A DNA stretch of 64,000 nucleotides, from NCBI GenBank assembly GCA_963817245.1, contig CAWFNQ010000001.1, positions 797,231-861,230 of the forward strand. Reading direction: 5' to 3'. Source of the stretch: an uncultured Chloroflexia bacterium (GTDB lineage Bacteria > Chloroflexota > Limnocylindria > Limnocylindrales > CSP1-4). The notes beneath the pieces were generated by a model. That model did not search any database, had not been told where the DNA came from, and saw only the letters and a list, made by a program, of their open reading frames with translations. Shown here piece by piece: positions 17,410 through 29,099 of this stretch. Made by a program: the position numbers and the translations under genes. Within the stretch, counting starts at the first letter, position 1. Every line of letters begins with the position of its first letter.

Positions 17410-19700
17410 ACGAACGGCGGATCGCGTACGCGCCGAGTGAGGGCTGGCTGACCCTCGGCCTGGTGCTGCTGCTGTGCCTGACGATGGCGTGGGCCATCGA
17501 CGACGTCCGGCTGGTGCTCGGGGAGGGTGCGTTCACCGACTTCCTTGCCCCGATGGCGGTGCTCGGGGTCCTGTGCTCGTTCGTCGGGGTCAAGGTGGGT
17601 TGGGGCCGCTGGCTGACCTACCTCATCGGGGCGCTGTTCGCCGCGCTCGTGGTGCCCCTGGTCGTCGGATCGATGCTGACGACGGAGGGCACGCTCGCAG
17701 CGTGGTTCGACGCCACGGCCGGCTCCGCGGCGAAGGCGTTCAACGTGCTCGTCGTCCAGAACCTCGGTCTGACGACCGAGTACGGCCACTACATGCTCGT
17801 GCTCGGGTTGGTCGTGTGGGGCACCTCGATGTTCGCGAGCTACGCGACCTTCGGCCACCGGCGCCCACTCAACGCCATCGTGATCGTCGGGCTGGTCCTG
17901 CTCGTGAACATGTCCGTGACGTACGCCGACCAGCTCGTCTACCTCGTCCTGTTCAGCATCGCGTCGTTGCTGCTCCTGGTGCGCTACCACGTCCTCGATG
18001 AGCAGACCGAATGGCTGCGTCGCCGGATCGGCGATCCCGCCTCGATCTCGAGCATCTATCTGCGTGGTGGGACGGTGTTCATCGCCGTCGCCGTGGCGGC
18101 CTCGCTCCTCCTCACGAACATCGCCCGGTCGGCCCCGCTCGAAGGGAGCTGGGGAGCGCTCGGTGGCACCTTCCTGGACCTCTCGCGATCGATCTCGAAG
18201 TTCGTCCCGACGGGCGGCGCCACGAAGGCGTTCGGGAGTGACTTCGATCCGATGTCGACGGGCATCCACGGGAAGTGGCAGCCCAACACGGCCATCATGG
18301 CCACGATCAAGCTGCCGCCCAACGCCCCGAAGCTCATCTACTGGCGGGCGGTGACCTACGACCAGTTCCTGCTCAACGAGTGGCGTCCGAGCGAGCCGAT
18401 CACCAAGACCCAGGTCCCGGCGGGCGACGAGCTCCTCGCGGGGACCGTCGAGAACCAGTTGCTCGGGAACACCTCCGAGCTCACCTTCACCGTCCAGCCG
18501 ATGCAGGACACGGGCCGGACGGTGCTCTCTCCCGCCACGCCGGTCCTCGTCGACAAGGACGCTGACGTCACGTTCGTCGGCCAGACGGGCAACCTCGACG
18601 CCGTCGAGCGTCGCGAAGGTGGGCCATATTCGGTCAAGGCTCGCATCCGGCTTCCCGGCAACGACCAGGGCGAGCTCAACGCGGCCGCGCTTCGAAGCGC
18701 GGGCACGGACTATCCGGACGACATCGCGGCGCTGTACCTGGATGTCCCCGACGACGCGATGCCCGCCGGCGGCCCGGCCGATCAGCTGTTCCAGAAGCTC
18801 GTGGCGGGCGCGCCGAACCCGGACAACCCCTACGACTTCGCCAGCTACCTGCAGACGCAGTTCGTGAAGCTGCAGAAGGACGGCGGCATCTTCAAGTACG
18901 ACACCGATGTCACGGATCTCGTCGTCGGACCCTGCAAGAACATCTCGATCGTCGATTGCTTCGCGCAGTACAAGCGCGGCTTCTGCCAGTGGTACGCGAC
19001 GACGATGGCGATCTTCCTGCGCGCCCAGGGGATCCCGGCGCGGATCGCCGAGGGCTACCTGCCCGGCAACCGGGTGCAGGACCAGGAGACGATCCGGGGC
19101 GACTCGCGCCACCAGTGGGTCGAGGCCTACTTCCCGTACTACGGCTGGGTGATGTTCGACCCGACCGGCGGCGTGTCGGTGCAGCAGCCACTGCCGCCGG
19201 GCCCGGCGGGAGCGAGCACGCCGCCGCTCCCGTCGAGCGCGTTCGCCATCCCGAGCTTCCGCGACCCGCGGGACCAGGAGCCCAACGACCTTGGCCGTGG
19301 CCCGAAGACGCCGGGTCCGCCCATCGCCTCGTTCATCGCGATCGCCATCCTGCTGGCCGTCATCGTCGGGGCCCTCGCGTTCTACATCTGGACGCGCGGT
19401 CCGCGCGGTGGCACCACGGCCGACCACGCGTATCGCACGGTCACCCGGATCGCGGCCCGCTTCGGCTTCGGGCCGCGGCCCAACCAGACGGTCTATGAAT
19501 ACGCGGGATCACTCGGTGAGGTGCTGCCCATCGCCAGGCCCGAGCTGGAGATGGTGGCCCGGGCGAAGGTCGAGACCGTGTACGGCCGCTTCCGGCTCGA
19601 GGATGACCGGATCCAGGCCCTCCGGGCGGCCGAACGGAAGCTCCGGCTCAACCTGCTGCGACTCGCCTTCCGTCGACGCGAGCGCCGCCGCCGGCGCTAG
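17406..19700 (+). CDS. Transglutaminase-domain polytopic membrane protein
   Basis: ATG 17406 (ATGA overlap with DUF58) inside ORF 15465..19700. Core CQWYATTMAIFLRAQGIPARIAEGY...HQWVEAYF...WVMFDPT (Cys-His-Asp). Confidence 0.85.
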   Translation: MNERRIAYAPSEGWLTLGLVLLLCLTMAWAIDDVRLVLGEGAFTDFLAPMAVLGVLCSFVGVKVGWGRWLTYLIGALFAALVVPLVVGSMLTTEGTLAAWFDATAGSAAKAFNVLVVQNLGLTTEYGHYMLVLGLVVWGTSMFASYATFGHRRPLNAIVIVGLVLLVNMSVTYADQLVYLVLFSIASLLLLVRYHVLDEQTEWLRRRIGDPASISSIYLRGGTVFIAVAVAASLLLTNIARSAPLEGSWGALGGTFLDLSRSISKFVPTGGATKAFGSDFDPMSTGIHGKWQPNTAIMATIKLPPNAPKLIYWRAVTYDQFLLNEWRPSEPITKTQVPAGDELLAGTVENQLLGNTSELTFTVQPMQDTGRTVLSPATPVLVDKDADVTFVGQTGNLDAVERREGGPYSVKARIRLPGNDQGELNAAALRSAGTDYPDDIAALYLDVPDDAMPAGGPADQLFQKLVAGAPNPDNPYDFASYLQTQFVKLQKDGGIFKYDTDVTDLVVGPCKNISIVDCFAQYKRGFCQWYATTMAIFLRAQGIPARIAEGYLPGNRVQDQETIRGDSRHQWVEAYFPYYGWVMFDPTGGVSVQQPLPPGPAGASTPPLPSSAFAIPSFRDPRDQEPNDLGRGPKTPGPPIASFIAIAILLAVIVGALAFYIWTRGPRGGTTADHAYRTVTRIAARFGFGPRPNQTVYEYAGSLGEVLPIARPELEMVARAKVETVYGRFRLEDDRIQALRAAERKLRLNLLRLAFRRRERRRRR

Positions 19701-19705
19701 CGGGG

Positions 19706-19723
19706 GGCCGCCGGTCGGCGGCC
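19706..19723. terminator. GC hairpin between convergent genes (GGCCGCC-ggtc-GGCGGCC)
   Basis: 7-bp perfect stem with a 4-nt loop, 6 nt after the transglutaminase stop. No T-tract. Confidence 0.4.
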
Positions 19724-19756
19724 TGATCGCGTCGCATTCGGACCCGCCCGATCCCG

Positions 19757-20587
19757 TCAGAGGGCGCCGGTCGCCTCGCGAGCCTGCCGTTCGGCCAGGG
19801 CGGCGGCGTCCTGCCGCGGCGCGAGATGCTCGGTCAGGTTGTGGGCACGGAGCACCGCGTGCCCGCCACGCAGCTCCACGATCGAGAGCCCGCACAGGTC
19901 GAAGGACCACATCCAGAACCGGTCGAGCGGCAGGTCGAACAACGAGAGCAGGACGACCTTGAACACGCCGTCGTGGGCGACCAGGATGCTCCACGGACCG
20001 CCGGGCCGGGCGCCGACGTAGCCGGGGACCGGGTCGGCCCGCTCCGCGGCGGGCCCGGCCGCCAGGTCGGCGATGACCGTCTCGAGCGCCGGTCGCACGC
20101 GCGCGGCGACCTCGGCCAACGATTCGCCGCCGGGGGCCCAGACCTCGGCGGGTCGGGCTCGCCATCCGTCGAGGACCTCGCCGTAGCGGGCCCGGATCTC
20201 GTCGCGGTGGAGGCCTTCCCATTCGCCCTGGCCGATCTCGAGCAGGCCGTCGTCGGGACGCCGCGGTCCGCCGTCGCCCGCTGCGTCCATCGCGGTCGCG
20301 ATCGTCTCGGCCGTCTCGGCGGCCCGGGCGAGCGGGGAGTGGACGATCTCGCGCGGCGGTCCGGGTGGGATGGGCAGCGCCGGCGGGCCCCCGGCTCCGG
20401 CGAGCCGCGCGGCGACGAGACGCGCCTGCTCCCGGCCGGCGTCCGTGAGCGGGCTATCGGCCTGGCCCTGGAACCGCCCCTCCACGATGAGCCGGCTCTC
20501 ACCATGACGGACGAGGACGAGGGTCGCCGCGAGCCCCTCCGGGATCGGCGGTCCGCTCAGTGGTCGCCGCCCAGGCGGATCGTCCAC
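19757..20587 (-). CDS. Histidine phosphatase (dPGM-like) family protein
   Basis: LVLVRHGESRLIVEGRFQG (RHG motif)...ILVAHDGVFKVV. GTG start overlaps the serA 3' end by 31 nt. Confidence 0.85.
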   Translation of the reverse strand: MDDPPGRRPLSGPPIPEGLAATLVLVRHGESRLIVEGRFQGQADSPLTDAGREQARLVAARLAGAGGPPALPIPPGPPREIVHSPLARAAETAETIATAMDAAGDGGPRRPDDGLLEIGQGEWEGLHRDEIRARYGEVLDGWRARPAEVWAPGGESLAEVAARVRPALETVIADLAAGPAAERADPVPGYVGARPGGPWSILVAHDGVFKVVLLSLFDLPLDRFWMWSFDLCGLSIVELRGGHAVLRAHNLTEHLAPRQDAAALAERQAREATGAL

Positions 20588-22140
20588 AGCGCCTTGACGT
20601 TCTCGTGGGTGCGGATGGCCTCGGCCACCGACGCGGGGACGTCGTCGTCGAGGGCCAGGACCATGAGCGCTTCGTCGCGCGGGCGCGTGCGCCCGAGGTG
20701 CATCGCGCTGATGTTCACGTCGGCCTCGCCGAGCATGATCCCGATCCGCCCGACCGTGCCCGGCCGGTCCATGTGGCGGGTGATGAGCATGACCGCGGCC
20801 GGCTCCATGTCGAGCCGGTAATCGTCGAGCCGGGTGATCCGCGGCTCGCCGCCGGCGACCGTGCCGGCGACCGTCGTGGTGACCCCGCGCCGCTCAGCCG
20901 AGAGCGTCAGCTGCGACGAATAGGCGCCGGCGTCGGGCGTCTTGCGCTCGATGACGGTGATGCCCCGGGCGCGAGCCATGGCGCCCGCATTGACGAGGTT
21001 CACGCGCTCCGTCGTCGAGGTCTCGAGGAGGCCGCGAAGCACGGCGGCCGTCAGCGGCGTCCCGTCGAACTCGGCCAGGTCGCCGGCGATCTCGAGGGTC
21101 AGCGTCTTGACGCCGCCGGGCGAGAACTGGGCGAAGAAGCGCCCGAGGACCTCGGCGAGGGGCAGGTACGGGGCGATGGCCCGCGCGGTCTCGGGCGTCA
21201 GGAGCGGGGCATTGACCGCGTACCGGGCACTCCGGCCGTCGAGCACGTCGAGGACCTGGCCGGCGACCTCCTCCGAGACGAGGATCTGGGCCTCGGCCGT
21301 GGATGCGCCGAGGTGCGGCGTGAGCAGGGTGTTCGGTGCGTCCAGGAGCGGCGAGTCGGTCGGGGGCTCGTGGTCGAAGACGTCGATCCCGGCCCCACCC
21401 AGATGGCCGCTGCGCAGCGCGTCGGCGACGGCCGCCTCGTCGACGACCCCGCCTCGGGCGACGTTCAGGACGATCGACCCCGGCTTCATCTTGGCGATGG
21501 CGGCCTTGCCGATCAGGCCCTTGGTGCCGCGCGTCAGCGGCACGTGCACGGTCACGACGTCCGCTCGGCGCAGCAGCTCGTCGAGGTCGACGAGCTCGGC
21601 CCCGTGGTTGGCGGCCTGGTCGGCGGTGACGAACGGGTCGACCGCGAGGACCGGCATCTCCATGGCGCGTGCGCGCAGCGCGATGGCCTGGCCGATCTTG
21701 CCCAGCCCGATGATCCCGAGCGTCCGGCCACGCAGCTCGAGGCCGGTGAAGGCGGATCGCTTCCACTCACCCCGGCGGAGCGAGGCGTCGGCGGGGGCGA
21801 TGCGCCGCGCGATCCCGTACAGCAGCGCGAGCGTGTGCTCGGCCGCCGCGATCGTGTTCCCGGTCGGGGCATTCACGACGGTGATCCCCGCCCGCGTCGC
21901 CGCGTCGAGGTCGACGTTGTCGACGCCGACCCCAGCCCGCCCGATGACGACGAGGCGGGTCCCTGCGGCGATCAGCGACGCGTCGACCTGGACCTGGCTC
22001 CGGACGACGAGCGCGTCGTACTCGGGCAGGATCGCGCAGAGCTCGTCGTGCGAGAGGCCTGGCCGCTCGTCGACCTCATGCTGGGCCCGGAGGAGCTCGA
22101 TCCCCTCGGCCGCGACGGGTTCGGCGACGAGGATCCTCAC
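20557..22140 (-). CDS. serA: D-3-phosphoglycerate dehydrogenase with C-terminal ACT domain
   Basis: GTG at 22140 (VRILVAEP). IIGLGKIGQAIA NAD motif. C-terminal ACT MLITRHMDRPGTVGRIGIMLGEADVNISAMHLGR. 528 codons including the stop (527 aa). GTGA overlap with the upstream gene. Confidence 0.92.
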   Translation of the reverse strand: MRILVAEPVAAEGIELLRAQHEVDERPGLSHDELCAILPEYDALVVRSQVQVDASLIAAGTRLVVIGRAGVGVDNVDLDAATRAGITVVNAPTGNTIAAAEHTLALLYGIARRIAPADASLRRGEWKRSAFTGLELRGRTLGIIGLGKIGQAIALRARAMEMPVLAVDPFVTADQAANHGAELVDLDELLRRADVVTVHVPLTRGTKGLIGKAAIAKMKPGSIVLNVARGGVVDEAAVADALRSGHLGGAGIDVFDHEPPTDSPLLDAPNTLLTPHLGASTAEAQILVSEEVAGQVLDVLDGRSARYAVNAPLLTPETARAIAPYLPLAEVLGRFFAQFSPGGVKTLTLEIAGDLAEFDGTPLTAAVLRGLLETSTTERVNLVNAGAMARARGITVIERKTPDAGAYSSQLTLSAERRGVTTTVAGTVAGGEPRITRLDDYRLDMEPAAVMLITRHMDRPGTVGRIGIMLGEADVNISAMHLGRTRPRDEALMVLALDDDVPASVAEAIRTHENVKALWTIRLGGDH

Positions 22141-23327
22141 GCGCCCGCGCCGGCGGTGCTGTGGCTCGCCAAGCCGAGGGCCTCGACTGCGGCGGCCTGG
22201 GCTGCGGCGACCGCGGCGCCGGGCCGGACGGCGCGCCCGGTCGAGAGCGAGACGAGCTCGAGCGTGCTGATGGCGCCCAGGATCTCCTCGAGCGTCACCG
22301 ACCCGAGATGGCCGAGCCGGAAGATCTTGCCCGTGAGCTTGCCCTGGCCACCGGCGAGGACCACGCCTCGCCGCTTGACCTCGCCGTTGAAGGCCTTCCA
22401 GTCGAGGCCGTCGGGGACCCACGCCGCCGTCACGGTCCTCGAGGCGAAGGCCGGATCGGCGAACAGCGTGAAGCCGAGGCCCGCGAGGCCGGCCCGCGCG
22501 GCCGCCGCGCAGACCTCGTGGCGCAGGAAGATCCCCGCCGAGCCCTCCTCGCCCATCAGGCGCAGGCCCTCGTCTACTTGGTAGACGACGGCGATGGCCG
22601 GCGTGAACGGCGTCTGGCCGTTGACGGCGGCATCGCGATGCGCCCGCAGGTCGAGGTAGAAGCGTGGCATCGTGGCGGTCTCCATCGCGGCCCACGCCCG
22701 CGGCGACGCCGCGATCATGGCCAGTCCCGGTGCCGCCATCCAGGCCTTCTGCGAACCGGTGACGACGACGTCCACGCCCCAGGCGTCCATCTCGAACGGC
22801 ACGGCCCCGAGCCCCGAGACACTGTCGACGAGGATCAGTGCGTCCGGCGCCTCCTCGCGGATGGCCGACGCGAGCTCACGGATCGGGTTCATGACGCCGG
22901 TCGAGGTCTCGTTGTGGGTCAGCAGGACGGCCTTGACGCCGGCGATCCCGCGGATCCGCTCGCGGACCTCCTCGGGTGCCGCGGCGTAGCCCCACTCGGC
23001 GTCGAGCTTGGTGACGTCGGCCCCGTAGATGCCGGCGATCTTCGCGAACCGGTCACCGAACGAGCCGATCGAGACGCCAAGGACGGGGTCGCCGGGGGAG
23101 AGGACGTTGACCACGGCGGCCTCGAGGCCGCCCGACCCCGCGGTCGTGATCATCGCGATGTCCGATGTCGTGCCGAAGAACGGGCGCATCCCGGTCAGGA
23201 TCCGCTCGAGCATGGCCGCGAACTCCGGGCCGCGGTGGTTGATCATCTGGCGGCCGCCGGCGACCCGCACCGAGGGCGGCAGGGCCGTAGGGCCGGGGAT
23301 GCGGAGATTCGGTTCGAAGCGGTCCAA
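22137..23327 (-). CDS. Class V (AGXT/SerC-type) pyridoxal-phosphate aminotransferase, probable phosphoserine aminotransferase
   Basis: IPGPTALPPSV...INHRGPEF...VVTGSQKAWMAAPGL (PLP lysine). Translationally coupled to serA. Confidence 0.85.
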   Translation of the reverse strand: MDRFEPNLRIPGPTALPPSVRVAGGRQMINHRGPEFAAMLERILTGMRPFFGTTSDIAMITTAGSGGLEAAVVNVLSPGDPVLGVSIGSFGDRFAKIAGIYGADVTKLDAEWGYAAAPEEVRERIRGIAGVKAVLLTHNETSTGVMNPIRELASAIREEAPDALILVDSVSGLGAVPFEMDAWGVDVVVTGSQKAWMAAPGLAMIAASPRAWAAMETATMPRFYLDLRAHRDAAVNGQTPFTPAIAVVYQVDEGLRLMGEEGSAGIFLRHEVCAAAARAGLAGLGFTLFADPAFASRTVTAAWVPDGLDWKAFNGEVKRRGVVLAGGQGKLTGKIFRLGHLGSVTLEEILGAISTLELVSLSTGRAVRPGAAVAAAQAAAVEALGLASHSTAGAGA

Positions 23328-23374
23328 CGTCAGGCCTCCGGGCGGGGCGGATGTTCGCGCGATGGTCCCACGCC

Positions 23375-23417
23375 TTGACGCCGTTCCGCTAGCGTGTCAT
23401 ATAGGACGTCATATGAC
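23375..23417 (+). promoter_or_regulatory. vapBC promoter (TTGACG-17nt-CATATA) with GTCATAT direct repeat and 10-bp palindrome GTCATATGAC over the start codon
   Basis: -35 at 23375-23380 and -10 at 23398-23403. ATG 23413 lies 9 nt after the -10, so the mRNA is leaderless or nearly so. GTCATAT occurs at 23396 and 23408. Palindrome at 23408-23417. Confidence 0.5.
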
Positions 23418-23664
23418 GACCCATCGCACGACGATCCTCGCCGACGCGGACCTGCTCGACCGGGTCGCCCGCTTCGCGCAGCGCGCACGGACGACCCGCA
23501 CCGCGGTCATCACCGCGGCCCTCGAGGCCTACCTGGCCGAGCACGACGAGACGCCGGCCCTCGCCTTCGTGGCCGTCGGCCGCAGCCAGCACGGACGGCT
23601 CTCGCTCGACGGTCGGTCGATCGCCCGACGGGAGGCCGGTCGGCGGCCGACCGGATCACGCTGA
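23413..23664 (+). CDS. vapB: Ribbon-helix-helix (CopG/VapB-type) antitoxin
   Basis: MTTHRTTILADADLLDRVARFAQRARTTRTAVITAALEAYL. Located upstream of a PIN gene. Confidence 0.8.
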   Translation: MTTHRTTILADADLLDRVARFAQRARTTRTAVITAALEAYLAEHDETPALAFVAVGRSQHGRLSLDGRSIARREAGRRPTGSR

Positions 23665-23730
23665 CCGGCCGGCGTCCACCGCCGGCCCTGAGCGACCCGG
23701 ACCGCACGGCCCCGCCCCCGGCACCACTCG

Positions 23731-24144
23731 ATGGCCATCCTGCTCGACGCCAGCGTGATCGTCGCCGCGGCCGATGAGGCGGATCTCAACCATGCCGCCG
23801 CGGTCGCCTGGTTCGCTCGCGCCGACGAGCCCCTCCTGCTCGGCAGCCTGACCCTCGCGGAGCTGGACCTGCTCCTCCAGCGCGAGCTCGGGCTCGCGGC
23901 GACCCTGGCGCTGCTGCAGACGATCACCGCAGGCGCGATCCGTCTCGTCGCGCCCACCGACGCCGACCTTCGGCGCGCGGGCGAGCACCTCGAAGCGGCG
24001 GCCGAACACCGCCCACGGCTCGCGGACGCGACCCTCGTCGCCACCGCGGAGCGGCTCGGGGTGCGCCGGATCGCCACGTTCGACCGTCGGCCGATCGCGG
24101 TCTTCCGACCGGCGCACGTGCGGACGTTCGACCTGGAACCCTGA
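23731..24144 (+). CDS. vapC: PIN-domain toxin (VapC-type ribonuclease)
   Basis: MAILLDASVIVAA...(D5)...LTLAELD...DATLVATAERLGVRRIATFD acidic PIN residues. 137 aa. Confidence 0.85.
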   Translation: MAILLDASVIVAAADEADLNHAAAVAWFARADEPLLLGSLTLAELDLLLQRELGLAATLALLQTITAGAIRLVAPTDADLRRAGEHLEAAAEHRPRLADATLVATAERLGVRRIATFDRRPIAVFRPAHVRTFDLEP

Positions 24145-24191
24145 TCCGCCGTCGCACGTCGAGGGTCCGCTTCGTCGTTCGGCCGTACAGT

Positions 24192-25199
24192 GTGCCCAGG
24201 GGGATCACCCATCGCATGATCAGCCGACCGCGCCGCACCACGCAGCTCCTCTCGATCGTGCTCGTCATCGGGCTCTTCGGCATGGCCCTGGGTGCCGGAG
24301 CGGTCGGCGTCAACGCGTTCGGGGCCGGCGACAAGTTCGATCGCCTGCTGGCCAAGATCGACCGGTTCATCACCGGTCCGCCGCCCGATCGCCCCACCGT
24401 CGCGACGGTCGACGTCCAGGACCCGCTCGACGTCCCGGGCGCCGACGAGGAAGTCACAGACGCGGACGCCACGCCGATCCCGACGGCGACGCCCGAACCC
24501 ACGCCCACCCCGACGCCGGCGCCCGGTGAGAGCGCCGCACCGACCCCCGAACCGACCCCCACCCCGACGCCGGCGCCCGTCCGCAAACACGTGGATGTCA
24601 ACATCGTGGCCCACCCCAAGCGGGTCTTCGCCTCCGAGATGGACAAGGACCTGTGCGCGGCCGCCGGCGTCCAGATGGTCCTGGCCATCCACGGCAAGGT
24701 GGATACGTCGAAGAAGACGCAGGACCAGATCGCCGGCCGGGTGCACCGCTGGGAGAGCTACTCCGACAGCCACAACGGGGACTGGGGCCCGGGCGCGATG
24801 GCCCTCGCCCTCAAGGCCTACGGCGTGCCCGGCTACGAGATCCGGGCCTACAACACTCGCCAGGGGGCCCTGCGCGGGGCGGCGCGAGCGCTCCAGGCCA
24901 CCAACGCCCCGGTCATCCTGCTCGCCTGGCGCGGCGCCCATACCTGGGTGATGACGGGGTTCCAGGCGGATGCCGACCCGACGCTCTTCAAGGACGCCAA
25001 GATCACCGGGACCTACATCCTCGACCCGTGGTACCCGCGGATCTCGAGCATCTGGGGGCCGTCCGATCCACCGGGGACCTTCCAGGACGGGTCGGAGATG
25101 ATCCGCAACTTCCTGCAGTGGAAGCGACCGGAGGGCAAGTACCCCGATCGCGACGGCAAGTACATCATCGTCGTGCCGACGATCAAGCGGTCGGCCTGA
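24192..25199 (+). CDS. Secreted/anchored protein: TM, T/P-rich linker, papain-fold (C39-like) putative cysteine peptidase domain
   Basis: TM LLSIVLVIGLFGMALGAGAV. Linker TPEPTPTPTPAPGESAAPTPEPTPTPTPAPV. Candidate Cys in DKDLCAAAGVQMVLA and His in WRGAHTWVMTGF. The family call is tentative. Confidence 0.5.
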   Translation: MPRGITHRMISRPRRTTQLLSIVLVIGLFGMALGAGAVGVNAFGAGDKFDRLLAKIDRFITGPPPDRPTVATVDVQDPLDVPGADEEVTDADATPIPTATPEPTPTPTPAPGESAAPTPEPTPTPTPAPVRKHVDVNIVAHPKRVFASEMDKDLCAAAGVQMVLAIHGKVDTSKKTQDQIAGRVHRWESYSDSHNGDWGPGAMALALKAYGVPGYEIRAYNTRQGALRGAARALQATNAPVILLAWRGAHTWVMTGFQADADPTLFKDAKITGTYILDPWYPRISSIWGPSDPPGTFQDGSEMIRNFLQWKRPEGKYPDRDGKYIIVVPTIKRSA

Positions 25200-26514
25200 C
25201 CGGCCAGGAGCGGCGCAGCCGGGTGACGAGGAACGCCGCCAGCAGGGCGTCCTTGGCGGCCATCCCGAGCGCATAGCCGAGGGGGATCGCGAGCAACCCG
25301 GTCGGCCCCACGAGGAGCTGCGAGGCCACGATCACGACGCCGAGCCCGACGAACGACGCGGCCACCTGGCGGATCGTGTCGTGCGTCGCGTACAGACCGC
25401 GGGAGAGCGGGTAGGCGAGGGCGTCGAACGGGATGGACAGCGCGAATGCGGCGACGACGGCGCTCGTCCGCGCGACATCGTCGGCGTCGAACTTGCCGCC
25501 GCCGAGCAGGCGGTCGACCAAGACGCCCGACAGGAGGAACATCGCGATGGCCGAGAGGATCGTCAGGCCGGCGATGACGAGGATGTTGCGGCGCAGGAGC
25601 GAGACGAAGACCGCCCGGTCGGCGTCCGCGTAGGCCACCGACAGCGTCGGGAAGATGGCGAGCGAGAACGAGATGCCGATCAGGCTCACCGGGACGACCT
25701 GGTAGTCGGCGGCGAAGTTGAACGACGACACGCTCCCCACGCCGAGGCTCGCCGCGAGGACCGTGAAGTAGGCGAAGGTGATCGGCTCGATCGGGTGGCT
25801 GATCATCCGGGGGATCATCAGGCGGAGGAACTCGCGGAAGGCCGCCGTCCCCGACTCGAACATCGGCCGGATGCGGAAGCTGGTCCGGAACGTCCCGGCG
25901 ACACGGATGCCCAGGTGGGCGACCGCGCCCGCGACGGCGCCCAACGCGGTCGCGACGATGCCGAAGCGCGCGGAGAACAGGACCGTCCCGAGGACGATCC
26001 CGGTGGTGTAGAGGACCGGGGCCAGCGCGTAGAAGACGAATCGGCGGTTCGCCACGAGGATCTCGCCGAGGGCGATCGACGCCGCGAACATCACCTGCGC
26101 GACGCAGTTGATCCGGGTGAGCTGGACGTAGAGGTCGCGTGTCCGGACATCGAAATCGCGCCCGATGTGGTCCCCGAGCCAGGGCGCGGCGAGGAACAGG
26201 ACCGTGGATGCGATGACCATGACGCCCACCGCCCCGGTGAGGACCGTCCGTCCGAAATCGTTCGCATCCTCGTCGGAGCCGTGGCGCAGGCTCGTGAAGA
26301 TCGGCACGAACGGGGCCGTGAGCCCCGCCGCGACCAGGACGTCGAGCGCGATCTCGGGGATGCGGAACGCCGCGTTGTAGGCGTCGAGCTCGGCGCCGGC
26401 GCCGTAGGTATTCGCGAAGACCCGGTTGCGGACGATCCCCATCGCGAAGTACGCGAAGCTCAGGACCGACAGGACGATCGCCCCGCGCGGGACGAATCGA
26501 TCGAGCCAGGTCAT
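25183..26514 (-). CDS. murJ: Lipid II flippase MurJ/MviN
   Basis: VRNRVFANTYGAGAELDAYNAAFRIPEIALDVLVAAGLTAPFVPIF. About 12-14 TM. Start set at ATG 26514 (MTWLDRF); the longest ORF reaches 26640, only 5 nt from divergent uvrA2. Confidence 0.85.
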   Translation of the reverse strand: MTWLDRFVPRGAIVLSVLSFAYFAMGIVRNRVFANTYGAGAELDAYNAAFRIPEIALDVLVAAGLTAPFVPIFTSLRHGSDEDANDFGRTVLTGAVGVMVIASTVLFLAAPWLGDHIGRDFDVRTRDLYVQLTRINCVAQVMFAASIALGEILVANRRFVFYALAPVLYTTGIVLGTVLFSARFGIVATALGAVAGAVAHLGIRVAGTFRTSFRIRPMFESGTAAFREFLRLMIPRMISHPIEPITFAYFTVLAASLGVGSVSSFNFAADYQVVPVSLIGISFSLAIFPTLSVAYADADRAVFVSLLRRNILVIAGLTILSAIAMFLLSGVLVDRLLGGGKFDADDVARTSAVVAAFALSIPFDALAYPLSRGLYATHDTIRQVAASFVGLGVVIVASQLLVGPTGLLAIPLGYALGMAAKDALLAAFLVTRLRRSWPVRPTA

Positions 26515-26645
26515 GGCCGTCGCCCCGCCCGGCAGGCCCCGTACGCGGTCGCTGGTCGCCATCGACCGATGATGACGGACGCGTCCACCGGCCGGGTCCG
26601 AACCGGTCAGGGATCGAGAAGCGCGGGCCATCGAGGTCACCTAGA

Positions 26646-29027
<2,382 letters not shown>

Positions 29028-29099
29028 CCGTGGTCCTGGCGGACACCGCGCTCCATGCCGTCATCGCCGTCCTGACCCGCCCGGGCGGACTCGCAGCGC

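Noticed and set aside
29028-29099. Terminator between the convergent uvrA paralog and ppk2 (CGCCCGGGCG palindrome).
   Set aside because: The palindrome would give only a 3-4-bp stem once a loop is allowed, and there is no T-tract. It is too weak to call.
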